Origin: a virus
Direction: 5' to 3' (one strand)
Virus record (IMG/VR): IMGVR_UViG_3300013093_003863
Location: 1-64,000 of that record
DNA: 64,000 bases
The notes below the pieces were generated by a model. It ran no database searches and had not been told where the DNA came from. It saw only the letters and a program-made list of their open reading frames with translations. Below are positions 1-9,333 of this stretch, piece by piece; within the stretch, counting starts at the first letter, position 1, and each line of letters opens with the position of its first letter. The position numbers and the translations under genes are program-made.

Positions 1-215
1 AGATTCATACTACTGCTGGGATTTGCCAATGTTACAGTTTGCAGTTGACCGTATGCTGATTGATATGCGTTTGTTGCCACTTTGTTTTCTTCCTCTAATA
101 TTATTCGACCCTGTGCGAGCCAATTAAAAAATCGCAATCTCCAACTACGAGATTTTGGAAATAATACACGGTATGCTTTATCATAACGATGTTTACGATC
201 CGCAAGTTCCTTCAT
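1..215 (-). CDS. hypothetical protein, 5' part only (runs off window start)
   Basis: ATG at 215 overlaps the upstream stop (ATGA); frame MKELADRKHRYDKAYRVLF... stays open to position 1. Confidence 0.6.
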   Translation of the reverse strand, partial: MKELADRKHRYDKAYRVLFPKSRSWRLRFFNWLAQGRIILEEENKVATNAYQSAYGQLQTVTLANPSSSMN

Positions 216-544
216 GACTTGATCATTTCCATTGCTACAATTTGTCCAACCTGAGCAGAAATGTCTTGGTCATCGTGTATGACATTTAAGATCTCAATAG
301 TCTCGTCCTTTTTGGGATCATAGCGTCTTGTAATTAACACAACACCACCACGGCCCACACTGACATCAAATCTAAATGTTCTGGGAATGTCGTGGTTGTC
401 AGGGCCTGCAAGTACCCCTGCACGATGGCCTTTGCGTCTAGTAGGGTTACCACTAGCAAGTCCGGCAGTGGCATACACTTCTTCATCACATTTGCCGTAC
501 TCTTGACCCCATTGTACTATTTTATTACATAACCATTTGATCAT
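212..544 (-). CDS. hypothetical phage protein
   Basis: 110-aa ORF, translationally coupled to both neighbours. Confidence 0.7.
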   Translation of the reverse strand: MIKWLCNKIVQWGQEYGKCDEEVYATAGLASGNPTRRKGHRAGVLAGPDNHDIPRTFRFDVSVGRGGVVLITRRYDPKKDETIEILNVIHDDQDISAQVGQIVAMEMIKS

Positions 545-909
545 TTTAATCCTTTGTCTGTTAGTGCTACAATGACCTGTAGTCGGTCCAAACTTTCCTT
601 TGCAGTGGCCAGGGCATCTGCAACTGCCACATGGTCTTGAGCAAGTTGTTCAATATGCCGTTCCATTTCGATCTTTGCACGTACCCAGTTAATTGCTTCA
701 ACGGCGTCGGGGGTTAGGCTTACTGACCCATATGGTCCATAGATCTGGGTCCAATAATTTCCATCCCATGTTTCTATGCGGGCGTTATTAAATCTCAGAG
801 CACCCCTGGCTGGGGCAGGCACCGGAGTATCGGCATTGATATATGGACCGCCAGCGACTTCATTGCCCGAGGTATTAATGTATTGACTTCCAGTTAGCCC
901 ACTAAGCAT
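541..909 (-). CDS. hypothetical phage protein
   Basis: 122-aa ORF with C-terminal coiled coil, overlaps neighbours in operon. Confidence 0.7.
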   Translation of the reverse strand: MLSGLTGSQYINTSGNEVAGGPYINADTPVPAPARGALRFNNARIETWDGNYWTQIYGPYGSVSLTPDAVEAINWVRAKIEMERHIEQLAQDHVAVADALATAKESLDRLQVIVALTDKGLK

Positions 910-1441
910 CCACAGTCTCCAATAGTTCCGGAGCTTTGGACTTGATCAATTCCTTTAGTGCCATTTGTATGTAATCGTTCACAGTCATATCTAACCTATG
1001 TGCACGACGATAAATCGCCATCTCTAGATCACTGTCAAGTTCCAATTGTATCATAACTCGTGTGTCGTACTCTCGGCCATTAACAATAGCAGTGGCCTTT
1101 TCCACAAAGTCTTCTTCAACGTCTAGATCTGTGTAGTCAACACCGTCCCATGCTGTGTTCATGTCGATACTACGTGTGGCAGCTTCTTCGGCATGTGCTT
1201 TTGCATACAGGGGATTGATCATTCGATATGCACGTTCGTTGGTAAAGTCATGTGCTGAAACTTCGTATACTGTTTGCGTTTTTGTATCAAATACAATGTC
1301 AATGCTGTACCCACCTCGTCCATGTATGCCATTCCAATTGGCCAACATAAATGTGTCCTTGCCGTAGCAGTTCCACAAATAACGGTCACCTTCTGTGATT
1401 CGGTAATTGGCCAGCTCTAGCCATTGCTTTAATGTAATCAT
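902..1441 (-). CDS. hypothetical phage protein, possible C-terminal ribbon-helix-helix
   Basis: 179-aa ORF; tail IQLELDSDLEMAIYRRAHRLDMTVNDYIQMAL looks RHH-like. Confidence 0.7.
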   Translation of the reverse strand: MITLKQWLELANYRITEGDRYLWNCYGKDTFMLANWNGIHGRGGYSIDIVFDTKTQTVYEVSAHDFTNERAYRMINPLYAKAHAEEAATRSIDMNTAWDGVDYTDLDVEEDFVEKATAIVNGREYDTRVMIQLELDSDLEMAIYRRAHRLDMTVNDYIQMALKELIKSKAPELLETVDA

Positions 1442-2433
1442 TTCTTCTCCGGATAACTTGCTGATAAAAAGTCCACGTAACCTTGAATGTTTTCACTGAT
1501 GCGTTTCAAATCATACTTGCCACAAAACTTCAAAAACTTGGTACCAATTTGTGGTATGTCTTTTGGTACGCTATTTTCTGCGATAGTTTTTGCTATGTTC
1601 ATTTTAACATCATCGGGCTGAGCAGTCAAGTCCACAATGGTCACATTACGATGATAGTCATCTAGAACCTTGTGTTCAACTCCGTTATGGTCAGTCCAAC
1701 GTTGAAGCATGAGATTGTTCCACGCAAATCCTTTGTTGTTTCTATCTTCAAATGCTTCTTGTAGGCCCACTCGGTTTTTAGTGCCTTTGGTACGCACACC
1801 TGGATAAGCACTAAACACATTGTCTGTAGCATCACCACGCATACATTTTTCAAACAAGATCCATTTGGGGTCAGGAATTTTCTTAGGCTCTTTAGTTTTC
1901 TTGTCAATAACTAATCGGCCTTTTTTATCCAATATGCCCGCCAGTGTATGCAGCTCGTCGCTAATGCCATTGTACTGCACAACATTGTCGGCAAGTAATT
2001 GATAAAAGTCTGTATCTGAACTTACAATAACGTGCGAATCCTCAGGGTGTGCTTGAATCCATCCTGCCACCAAGTCATCTGCTTCCAGTGCTTCGTGCCG
2101 GAGAACAGTACAATTGCTTTTTTCATAGAAGAACGTTTTGAGTTCGTCAAAAGTTTCCCAAAATAGTCGATCTTCTTCGGCTTCTTTTTCTGTAAGTGCA
2201 GCTCGTGCAACTGCACGGTTTTTCTTGTAGGGCTCATAATAGTCCTTACGCCAACTACGTCCTTCCAAACAGATCACAACATGATCTGCTTTTTGTTCTC
2301 GGTATGCTTTGGCAATAGAGTTGAGTGTAACGTGAGCAGCAAAGCCCAATCTGTCCCAAGTGTCTGCTTGGCGAGCGGCTGAGTGACGTGCACGGAAGAA
2401 TGTATTAGCTGTGTCAACGATTAAGTATTTCAT
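1438..2433 (-). CDS. rnh: T4-like RNase H / 5'-3' exonuclease (FEN/PIN fold)
   Basis: LIVDTAN, YKKNR, EADDL, SSDTDFYQL and GDATDNV motifs. Confidence 0.9.
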   Translation of the reverse strand: MKYLIVDTANTFFRARHSAARQADTWDRLGFAAHVTLNSIAKAYREQKADHVVICLEGRSWRKDYYEPYKKNRAVARAALTEKEAEEDRLFWETFDELKTFFYEKSNCTVLRHEALEADDLVAGWIQAHPEDSHVIVSSDTDFYQLLADNVVQYNGISDELHTLAGILDKKGRLVIDKKTKEPKKIPDPKWILFEKCMRGDATDNVFSAYPGVRTKGTKNRVGLQEAFEDRNNKGFAWNNLMLQRWTDHNGVEHKVLDDYHRNVTIVDLTAQPDDVKMNIAKTIAENSVPKDIPQIGTKFLKFCGKYDLKRISENIQGYVDFLSASYPEKK

Positions 2434-2439
2434 AGCATA

Positions 2440-2468
2440 ATAATAGCATATTATGATTTATTTGTCAA
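2440..2468 (-). promoter_or_regulatory. sigma70-type promoter, probably leaderless transcript of rnh
   Basis: TTGACA-17nt-(TGc)TATTAT, then 6 nt to ATG, no SD. Confidence 0.75.
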
Positions 2469-3221
2469 GAGAATTTGGACATAATATTGCATTAAAAACT
2501 CGGCCCAAGCCCGGTGAGCATCTGCCCCAAAATGGTAAGAATTGGGATTTACCGTTTTGAAACCTTTTTGTATGCACCAATTGTAATAGGTTAAATTACT
2601 GTCATACGGACCCACATAGTTTAATCCCCAATCATGCTCATTGGGTACAACTTTTGTTGCATCTGTTGTTATTTGACGACTACGAATATTTGCAAAGTCA
2701 CTGTAGGTGTTAAAGAATATATGCGGAATATTTTTGTTTTCTAACGCTTGGTGCAAACGCCAAATTTGATCATGCCAGCCAAGTAGTTTGCGTTCCCTGG
2801 TCACGTGTGTTTGATCTACGACCCATTCTCGATAACGTTGTTGTAATTCTCGAGGCACAGTATCTGTACCACTGGCAGTGACTTGGTAGTAGGTGTTATT
2901 GTGTAGCCATTCCTCTCGCTCCCAAGTACTCCAGCCAATAATAACGAGATCGGGTTTTTCTCGTACAAATCCACCTTGTACACTTTCTATGTGTGGCCAA
3001 GTTGTACGCATTATGCGATCATTACTGGCTGCACTTTCGGCATCGCATTCTAGTACTGCGTTCAATTCGTTTGCAATCAAGCATCCGTAACTTAATTTTA
3101 AATTGTCGGGATGTGGCCGGCGTCCCAAGTTTCGATACAAGTAATCGTCTTCGGCAAAACAGTAGGGGTTTGCTACTTCGGCACCAGCACTGTGGCTGTC
3201 GCCATTGACATAAACGATCAT
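2451..3221 (-). CDS. SGNH/GDSL hydrolase-like protein
   Basis: N-terminal VNGDSH, SNDRI block, C-terminal YHFGADAH. Confidence 0.65.
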   Translation of the reverse strand: MIVYVNGDSHSAGAEVANPYCFAEDDYLYRNLGRRPHPDNLKLSYGCLIANELNAVLECDAESAASNDRIMRTTWPHIESVQGGFVREKPDLVIIGWSTWEREEWLHNNTYYQVTASGTDTVPRELQQRYREWVVDQTHVTRERKLLGWHDQIWRLHQALENKNIPHIFFNTYSDFANIRSRQITTDATKVVPNEHDWGLNYVGPYDSNLTYYNWCIQKGFKTVNPNSYHFGADAHRAWAEFLMQYYVQILLTNKS

Positions 3222-3457
3222 TCGCGATATGCCGGATTGGGAAATTCTAGTTCAAACACATGATAAGTGCCGGTATTTTCTTTGTCTCTGAGTATTTCCA
3301 TTGTGCGATTTTGTTCGGCTTCGTCCAGAGTTTTAAATATACCGCTTCCGATAGTTCCTGTGCCCATGCCAGCCGGAGAGATATAAAGACCACCACTGAT
3401 TGACAGTTTGGTCAATTGATAAAATTTCAGTATGCGTGGTGGTTTTAAACTTTCCAT
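3218..3457 (-). CDS. hypothetical protein
   Basis: 79-aa ORF coupled to neighbours. Confidence 0.6.
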   Translation of the reverse strand: MESLKPPRILKFYQLTKLSISGGLYISPAGMGTGTIGSGIFKTLDEAEQNRTMEILRDKENTGTYHVFELEFPNPAYRE

Positions 3458-3867
3458 TAGCTTACCTCGGTCCGTCCGTTACCAATGTCCTTTTTGTCAA
3501 TGACTCGGGGGCGATTGTCGTAAGGTTGATTGGCTTCCCATTGCTCGTAGTTTTCGGCAAGTACATTTCGGCACACATCGGCAAACCACTGATCCACCAT
3601 GTCTGCATCAGTTTTGCCTTTGTAGCCCGAACGTGCTAGATTGGTAATAAACTTTTCATTCCAGTCTAGTTCAAATGCACCATTGCCAATATTTTCTGGA
3701 TCTAGTTCTACTTGAACTACACTGACCCAAGGTTCGCCTTTTGCATCTGCAATTTGTCGTGGAGTCATTCCAGTAAAGTCTATTTTCTTTGTTGTCTTTC
3801 GAGCAGGAGTCTTTTTAGCTGGAGCTTTTTTAACTTCGGGTTCTGCTCGGGGTTTTCTTGTTGCCAT
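3457..3867 (-). CDS. phage protein with basic N-terminal tail
   Basis: AAGGA SD; K/A/P-rich N-terminus followed by GAFELDWNEKFI core. Confidence 0.75.
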   Translation of the reverse strand: MATRKPRAEPEVKKAPAKKTPARKTTKKIDFTGMTPRQIADAKGEPWVSVVQVELDPENIGNGAFELDWNEKFITNLARSGYKGKTDADMVDQWFADVCRNVLAENYEQWEANQPYDNRPRVIDKKDIGNGRTEVS

Positions 3868-3881
3868 ATTTGTCCTTTATT

Positions 3882-4112
3882 TTATTTAACGGGTCGTGTC
3901 AACAACCATAATAAATGTTCTTCACCGCCGTGCCAATGATGTTCGTATACGGGTTCACCGGGACCGGTGTAAGTAGCAGTGCCTTGGTAGGCCTTTTCAA
4001 GCCATATACGGCGACCCGATTGTACACAACGTCTAGGCCACAGTGCAAACTTTGATTTCCACTCGGCCCGGTAGTAAAAGTGATCAAGGTCGCTGAGTAT
4101 ATCTAGTGGCAA
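3882..4112 (-). CDS. hypothetical protein
   Basis: 76-aa ORF (TTG start) filling the gap in the operon. Confidence 0.55.
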   Translation of the reverse strand: MPLDILSDLDHFYYRAEWKSKFALWPRRCVQSGRRIWLEKAYQGTATYTGPGEPVYEHHWHGGEEHLLWLLTRPVK

Positions 4113-4895
4113 TTAAGTGCCCCACTCTGTTATTAAATTGTATCCTGCATCTCTTATTTTATCTTCGTACATCAAAGTCTTCTCGTATAAATCTTTCATT
4201 GGTATCTTTACTACTGGGTGAATCATTTCTGGGTCATAGGTTTGTGGGCATCCGTGCCAAAATCTTCCATGATATAAAAACACTGTATTTGAATTTGGAT
4301 CATACCCATCAACTCTATATTTTACTTCTGGTAACCAATATTGGCGTTCGGGTACATTTAGCGAATCTAACCATCTTTTTTCTGCCTTTGATACAGGAGT
4401 AATTTTATGAGACGCATGAAATACCCCCTTTCTTAACGCCATTAATTCTTTAAAATTTTCTTTTTTACAAATTGGGCACGGTGTACAATGTTGTTTTGTT
4501 GAAATTCCAGTAAAAGATATACCTATATGTAAACTACATTTTATATTATTAAATTTATTTCTTGTATTAGGCATTAGAGTTGCATCTGTGAAATTTAATT
4601 CAGGTCTTTGACTTTTGTACCAATCAAGTCGTTCAGCTGAAGAAACTATCAACGTTTTTCCAATATGATTTGATGTATATTCCTTTGGGCAACAATATTT
4701 TCTTTTTTTAGTAAATGAATAACTGATAGCTTGTTGCTCTCCGTGAATACATCTATATCTAATCTTATGATCTACTCCAGTATATTCTGATATGAATTCT
4801 ATTTTATTAACTAATTCAGGATTCATTAACTCAAATAATTGAATAAATTCTTTATGTGTTCTTTTATTTACAGGATTCGTCACGTAGTTCCCCAA
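4113..4895 (-). mobile_element. free-standing homing-type endonuclease, Vsr/PD-(D/E)xK-like C-terminal domain
   Basis: YRVDGYD...FLYHGRFWHG...GYNLITEW motif, Zn-finger-like C/H motifs (CIHG, CPIC), AT-richer than flanks; start uncertain. Confidence 0.7.
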
Positions 4896-4943
4896 ACGTT
4901 ATTAAATATATTTATGCTATTTAATAATAAATGGGGAATTTAA

Positions 4944-5792
4944 TTACGTAGACCATGCGTTCTTAAAAAGCGGAACTTGAAGTCTATCACTATAACGCCA
5001 TCCACGTTGCATTGTTGCAAGTGCCACGTTCTTTGCATTTAACGTATAAACACTTTCAACACCGCCTACAGGCATTAAGTATACGTGTCCAACAAAGCCG
5101 GCATCACGATATTCTTTTACCGCACGTTCTGCATCCGATATGTCTTGTTCTGTGGCCACTACAAACTTTAGATATGCAGTCCCAAACCATTCATATTCGC
5201 ATACAATTCGAGGTTGTATTGCGTCCGCCCACGATTCGCCACTTGCCGGTAACTTGGCACTTACACTGAAAGTAATCTCTCTATTTCGATTTTGTCGTTG
5301 CCATTTAAACAAATACTTCTTGAAGTCATCGGTCAACTTTTGTGTGCCATTTGTTTCAAATGTAATCTCCTTAAGACCCTGCATATCAGGATGATCCAAC
5401 AAGTCTGGATACTGTCGTTGCCAACCCAGCAAAGGTTCGCCGCCTGTGATTACGAGATGCTCGTCCTCCCACCCCTTGTGAGGTAATATGTCCATAATCT
5501 GATGGGCAATTGCGTCAGTATCAAGCATGGGACTAAGATGCTTAAACCTAGGATCCCAACTAGCATAACTGTCACATCCAGTAGATACCAAAGGCAATTG
5601 TTTATAATCGTTGAACATGTGGACCACTTGAGCAATATCTTCGACTTCATTACTAGTTTCTCCTCGAGGCATACCAAATCCGGCACATTTAAAGTTACAT
5701 CCAAACACACGTAAGAACACAGAAGGAACACCCATGTAACGTCCTTCGCCCTGTACACTATAAAATAATTCTGCTACTTTTAATTTACTCAT
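4944..5792 (-). CDS. queE: 7-carboxy-7-deazaguanine synthase (radical SAM)
   Basis: ELFYSVQGEG, VFLRVFGCNFKC, ITGGEPLL and ETNGT motifs; start set at MSKLK. Confidence 0.88.
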   Translation of the reverse strand: MSKLKVAELFYSVQGEGRYMGVPSVFLRVFGCNFKCAGFGMPRGETSNEVEDIAQVVHMFNDYKQLPLVSTGCDSYASWDPRFKHLSPMLDTDAIAHQIMDILPHKGWEDEHLVITGGEPLLGWQRQYPDLLDHPDMQGLKEITFETNGTQKLTDDFKKYLFKWQRQNRNREITFSVSAKLPASGESWADAIQPRIVCEYEWFGTAYLKFVVATEQDISDAERAVKEYRDAGFVGHVYLMPVGGVESVYTLNAKNVALATMQRGWRYSDRLQVPLFKNAWST

Positions 5793-6126
5793 ATATTTTT
5801 GACCACTTCTTAAGTTTAATTTTTTTGTTTGATTTGGCAACATCTAGTTCACTCTGTGTGAATAGGCCTTGCTCGATCAAAATGTCAATCATGGCCAAGA
5901 CATCACCAACTTCTTTTGCAAGATTTTCGCGTTGTGTGCCTTCGCCATTTAAGTATACATTGTCCACGCCAAAACGTCTACACTTGCTGACATTTTGTAT
6001 AACTTCGGCACATTCTTCTTGCAATATGCCCAAGGCTTCAAGAATTCGGTCGTTGTTGTGATCGATTGGTGTAATTTCTTGCATGGCACGTTTTTCTATG
6101 TGATTTTTCATTTTTGGTACTTGCAT
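5785..6126 (-). CDS. MazG-like nucleotide pyrophosphohydrolase
   Basis: LQEECAEVIQ...KEVGDVL all-alpha NTP-PPase motif. Confidence 0.75.
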   Translation of the reverse strand: MQVPKMKNHIEKRAMQEITPIDHNNDRILEALGILQEECAEVIQNVSKCRRFGVDNVYLNGEGTQRENLAKEVGDVLAMIDILIEQGLFTQSELDVAKSNKKIKLKKWSKIYE

Positions 6127-6143
6127 AAATTGTCCTTTGTTGA

Positions 6144-6172
6144 ATTATACTATATATTTTTAAATGAAGCAA
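6144..6172 (-). promoter_or_regulatory. sigma70-type promoter
   Basis: TTGCTT-17nt-TATAAT upstream of AAGGA SD and ATG 6126. Confidence 0.7.
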
Positions 6173-6695
6173 GTCTATTTTCAAGTTGACTATACCTTTC
6201 TAGTGATTCATTATACAAACTGACATATTCGGGATGAATGGAAATATTTCGATTTAGATAATCTCGAATCGGCAAAGAAAAATGAAAACAGTATCGGCCT
6301 TTAAAGTTTAAATATTTAGATTTTTCCAATCGTTCAGGAACAAATCCTTTGTTCTCTTGAAACCACAGAGCAACGTCGGGGTGATGTTGCCAATCGGGAA
6401 TGACATAAGCATTGTCGTTGAGCAAATGATTCATCATGCTACCATTGATAGAAATATTTTTAATATCTATAAAAGTGTCGTTTTCTAATTGGCCATTGAT
6501 GCGGTATTCATTGGTGCTGTGTTTGTCACATAATTCGATCCATAGCACATGCTCGTTATCGGCCAAGTCACATTCAAATTTCACATGATCCAAGGGCATA
6601 ACAGTATCGAGCACAACTGTGTCATCAATACCAATCTGTACCACTTCGGGCATACTAACGTAATTGGTGTTTAAAAATAGTTCAAACTTAACCAT
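6150..6695 (-). CDS. hypothetical protein coupled to the B12 radical SAM gene; paralog of 37932-38378
   Basis: start reassigned to ATG 6695; HVLWIEL/IDIKNISING/GRYCFHFSLP resembles HMLKIRL/LNIKKITIDE/GAWELPFACP. Confidence 0.65.
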   Translation of the reverse strand: MVKFELFLNTNYVSMPEVVQIGIDDTVVLDTVMPLDHVKFECDLADNEHVLWIELCDKHSTNEYRINGQLENDTFIDIKNISINGSMMNHLLNDNAYVIPDWQHHPDVALWFQENKGFVPERLEKSKYLNFKGRYCFHFSLPIRDYLNRNISIHPEYVSLYNESLERYSQLENRLASFKNI

Positions 6696-8211
6696 GGTGT
6701 TCGGCAATGTCGTCCTCGATAATGATGCCCCTTTCCAACTGATCCAGCTTTTGCTCAAAGTAGGCGATAACATCGTTGTCACCGACCCAACTGTTGTATC
6801 CCAGTTGCCTAATCAGTCGTTCGGCACGTATTCTGCGTTGTACTCGTATTTTAAAATTGCTATTTTCGTTTTTCCAATATATACCATTGTCGGTGTGTCC
6901 GGGAAAGGCCGATTGTATGTTTAACTGCTCTTTCAGTGACTCCAGTGGTGATCCCGGTATAATGCCCAGGGTAAACCCTAGGGCCACAGTGTCTATGGTT
7001 CGATCCAGGGCCATGGGTTGATATCGTGTCAGTAGATCCAATGTTGATTCAAAATCCTGTTCGGTTTCGGTGGGATAGCCAACAATCAGTAACCAAGTGC
7101 ATCTAATGCCGTACAACTGTATTTTGGTCATGGCATAATCTATATCACTGTTACTGAATTTCTTTTTCATATGGTCACGTACCTGTTCCGACCCACTTTC
7201 TATTCCAATATATAAACTACGTACTCCGCTGTCTTTTAAATTGATCCAATCTTTTTCTTTGTAAGTAATTGCCGGCTTGATTATGTAATAGCCGCTCCAA
7301 TGTATTTTGTTATCGCTCCAGCGATTGTAAATGGCCAATACATTGATAAAATCTCGGAATGCGCGATCACTGCCGTTTACCAAACTGTCATTAAAAAAGA
7401 AATGCTTTACATCATACTGTTCTTTTAGTTTGATCAGTTCATTGGCCAGTTTGACACCGTCCTTGAACTTGTACTTGTCCCAAAAACTTCTTATATCACA
7501 AAAGGTACAATTTCTTACACATCCACGGCTACCTTCTACACCAATGGTGATTCCGTGTACACGTGAATTTATATATTGTTCCAGCCGGAATCCGCTATAA
7601 TCGGGAATGGGAATTGAGTCAAAGTTTTGCAGCGACTGCCCCACACTGTTGACTCCGGGAAACGGCAACCGATCGCTTAGTATAGCTCGCCAAGACAATT
7701 CGCCCTCGCCAATGGTGTAAAAATCGATCAAACCTTTTTCGTATAATTTTTTTCCGTAGTCACTGGAATTGGCTCCGGCTCCGCCAACTACCACAATGCC
7801 CGACATTTGTTGTCGATAGCGTTCTAAAAACCACGTGGTGTATGCAAAACTATGAATGCTAAACACACTGATCCCAACAACTTGGGCTCGAAATATTGTA
7901 TCCAAGTCAAGTGTTTGTGTAAAAGCTTCGACCAAATCCAATTCATCTGCAGACAACTCTTGCTCAAGTTCGCACCAATCATTTAACAGTCGATTGTTGT
8001 TTGCGAAATAAGTTTGAAATTCCAAATTGATATCTATAAAATCTACACTGCATCCCATGGACTTGGCAATAGACTGTAACAGTGCTGGAGCCATGGGAGG
8101 ATTATTCAAACCCAATTTGGGTGTATTAAGTAACACAACCGATTGATATTTGCTCTTGGCAAGCACTAAATCGGTTGTGTTATTGGGTTCAATCTTGTAA
8201 ACTTTATGCAA
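6688..8211 (-). CDS. B12-binding-domain radical SAM protein
   Basis: GISVFS..VVGGA..IGEGE cobalamin domain; SRGCVRNCTFC; GIESGS; IVGYPTET. Confidence 0.88.
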   Translation of the reverse strand: MHKVYKIEPNNTTDLVLAKSKYQSVVLLNTPKLGLNNPPMAPALLQSIAKSMGCSVDFIDINLEFQTYFANNNRLLNDWCELEQELSADELDLVEAFTQTLDLDTIFRAQVVGISVFSIHSFAYTTWFLERYRQQMSGIVVVGGAGANSSDYGKKLYEKGLIDFYTIGEGELSWRAILSDRLPFPGVNSVGQSLQNFDSIPIPDYSGFRLEQYINSRVHGITIGVEGSRGCVRNCTFCDIRSFWDKYKFKDGVKLANELIKLKEQYDVKHFFFNDSLVNGSDRAFRDFINVLAIYNRWSDNKIHWSGYYIIKPAITYKEKDWINLKDSGVRSLYIGIESGSEQVRDHMKKKFSNSDIDYAMTKIQLYGIRCTWLLIVGYPTETEQDFESTLDLLTRYQPMALDRTIDTVALGFTLGIIPGSPLESLKEQLNIQSAFPGHTDNGIYWKNENSNFKIRVQRRIRAERLIRQLGYNSWVGDNDVIAYFEQKLDQLERGIIIEDDIAEHHG

Positions 8212-8222
8212 ATTTTTCTCGA

Positions 8223-8426
8223 TTATGATTTCAATCCATTATTAAATTTTGCACATCTTCCCTCAACAATGGTTATTGAAGGATCTTGTCGAAACTTTTC
8301 TTCGGCCTTGGCCACATCTGATTGACATTCGGCTCGATTTGCGTAGGGAGTCTCGACCGACATTGCACCACATTGTGTTCCTTGACAAAAGAACACAATG
8401 GCCAGATACATGATGTTAATATCCAT
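8223..8426 (-). CDS. small Cys-containing hypothetical protein
   Basis: ATG overlaps queD stop (TAATG); hydrophobic N-terminus, 4 Cys. Confidence 0.6.
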   Translation of the reverse strand: MDINIMYLAIVFFCQGTQCGAMSVETPYANRAECQSDVAKAEEKFRQDPSITIVEGRCAKFNNGLKS

Positions 8427-8917
8427 TAGGCAAACAAGTCCTCGCCATCTTCTCTGTGACCTTCTCGATAAGCCATATTGCTTTGTGTTTCTCTTACTTC
8501 GACCTTGAAGCACCAAAGTCTTTCTGCTTCACCTGGTCCCCACATATCGGGAATGTAAACTCCATTCACATACTTGTAAAGCATATCTGCTAATCCTTCA
8601 CAACCTAAACGTGGTAGGATAGTCAACTTGGCCATTTTTTTACTTTCCAACAGTTTGAATGTTTCAAGCTCGGGATCGTCTTGTGCTACAAGTAGCGTAT
8701 GATCAAATTGATCTTCTAATACCTTCTTTAATTCTTTTAATCCACCATAGTCAGCTACCCAATTACGTGCATCTAAAGTATCTGTACCAAAGTAAAATTT
8801 CATACTAAATGAATAGCCATGTATGGTATTGCAATGGCTGTCGGCTCGCCACTGTCTGTACGCACACGGAAATGCATCGTGGTATTCTTTTGTACTAGTA
8901 AATCGATAAGTTGTCAT
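8426..8917 (-). CDS. queD: 6-carboxytetrahydropterin synthase
   Basis: HCNTIHGYS, DYGGLKELK, FDHTLLV and VEVRET motifs; AGGAG SD. Confidence 0.88.
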   Translation of the reverse strand: MTTYRFTSTKEYHDAFPCAYRQWRADSHCNTIHGYSFSMKFYFGTDTLDARNWVADYGGLKELKKVLEDQFDHTLLVAQDDPELETFKLLESKKMAKLTILPRLGCEGLADMLYKYVNGVYIPDMWGPGEAERLWCFKVEVRETQSNMAYREGHREDGEDLFA

Positions 8918-8925
8918 GCTGTTTC

Positions 8926-8990
8926 TCCTATGTTAATTATAGCATAGGCTGGCAGAGTTTGTAAAGCGGGATGAAGCCCGAGACCGCTAT
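8926..8990 (-). promoter_or_regulatory. structured queD leader: preQ1-I-like aptamer candidate plus SD-sequestering hairpin, overlapping a possible sigma70 promoter
   Basis: AGCGG-UCUCGGGCUUCAUC-CCGCU-UUACAAACUCUGCC, then CCUAUG/CAUAGG hairpin over AGGAG; also reads TTTACA-18-TATAAT. Confidence 0.45.
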
Positions 8991-8994
8991 AGAC

Positions 8995-9333
8995 TTATTT
9001 AATTAAGTCAAATTCCTGTTTCACATTGTGAGCTTTGACGTTGTCCATAAATTTAAGTAGGAACACACTGGCAGTTGAAGCATCATCACCATTGAAGTTT
9101 ATTTTAACATAACCAGTACCGTCTTGTCTATAGTAACTGGGTTTAGCCTTACCATATTGCACAGTTTTGCGTTTTACAAGATCAGATACTCTTACGGCAC
9201 CATAACCGGGTCCTGGTACTTCGGCAACAGTACCGCCAATCATGCTGAACCATTCGCACATTTCATCCGTGATAGCGTCTACATCTATCCATATACTGTA
9301 ATTGAGTCGACATCCTGGTGGTAATTGTATCAT
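8995..9333 (-). CDS. hypothetical phage protein
   Basis: 112-aa ORF coupled to upstream gene. Confidence 0.7.
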   Translation of the reverse strand: MIQLPPGCRLNYSIWIDVDAITDEMCEWFSMIGGTVAEVPGPGYGAVRVSDLVKRKTVQYGKAKPSYYRQDGTGYVKINFNGDDASTASVFLLKFMDNVKAHNVKQEFDLIK

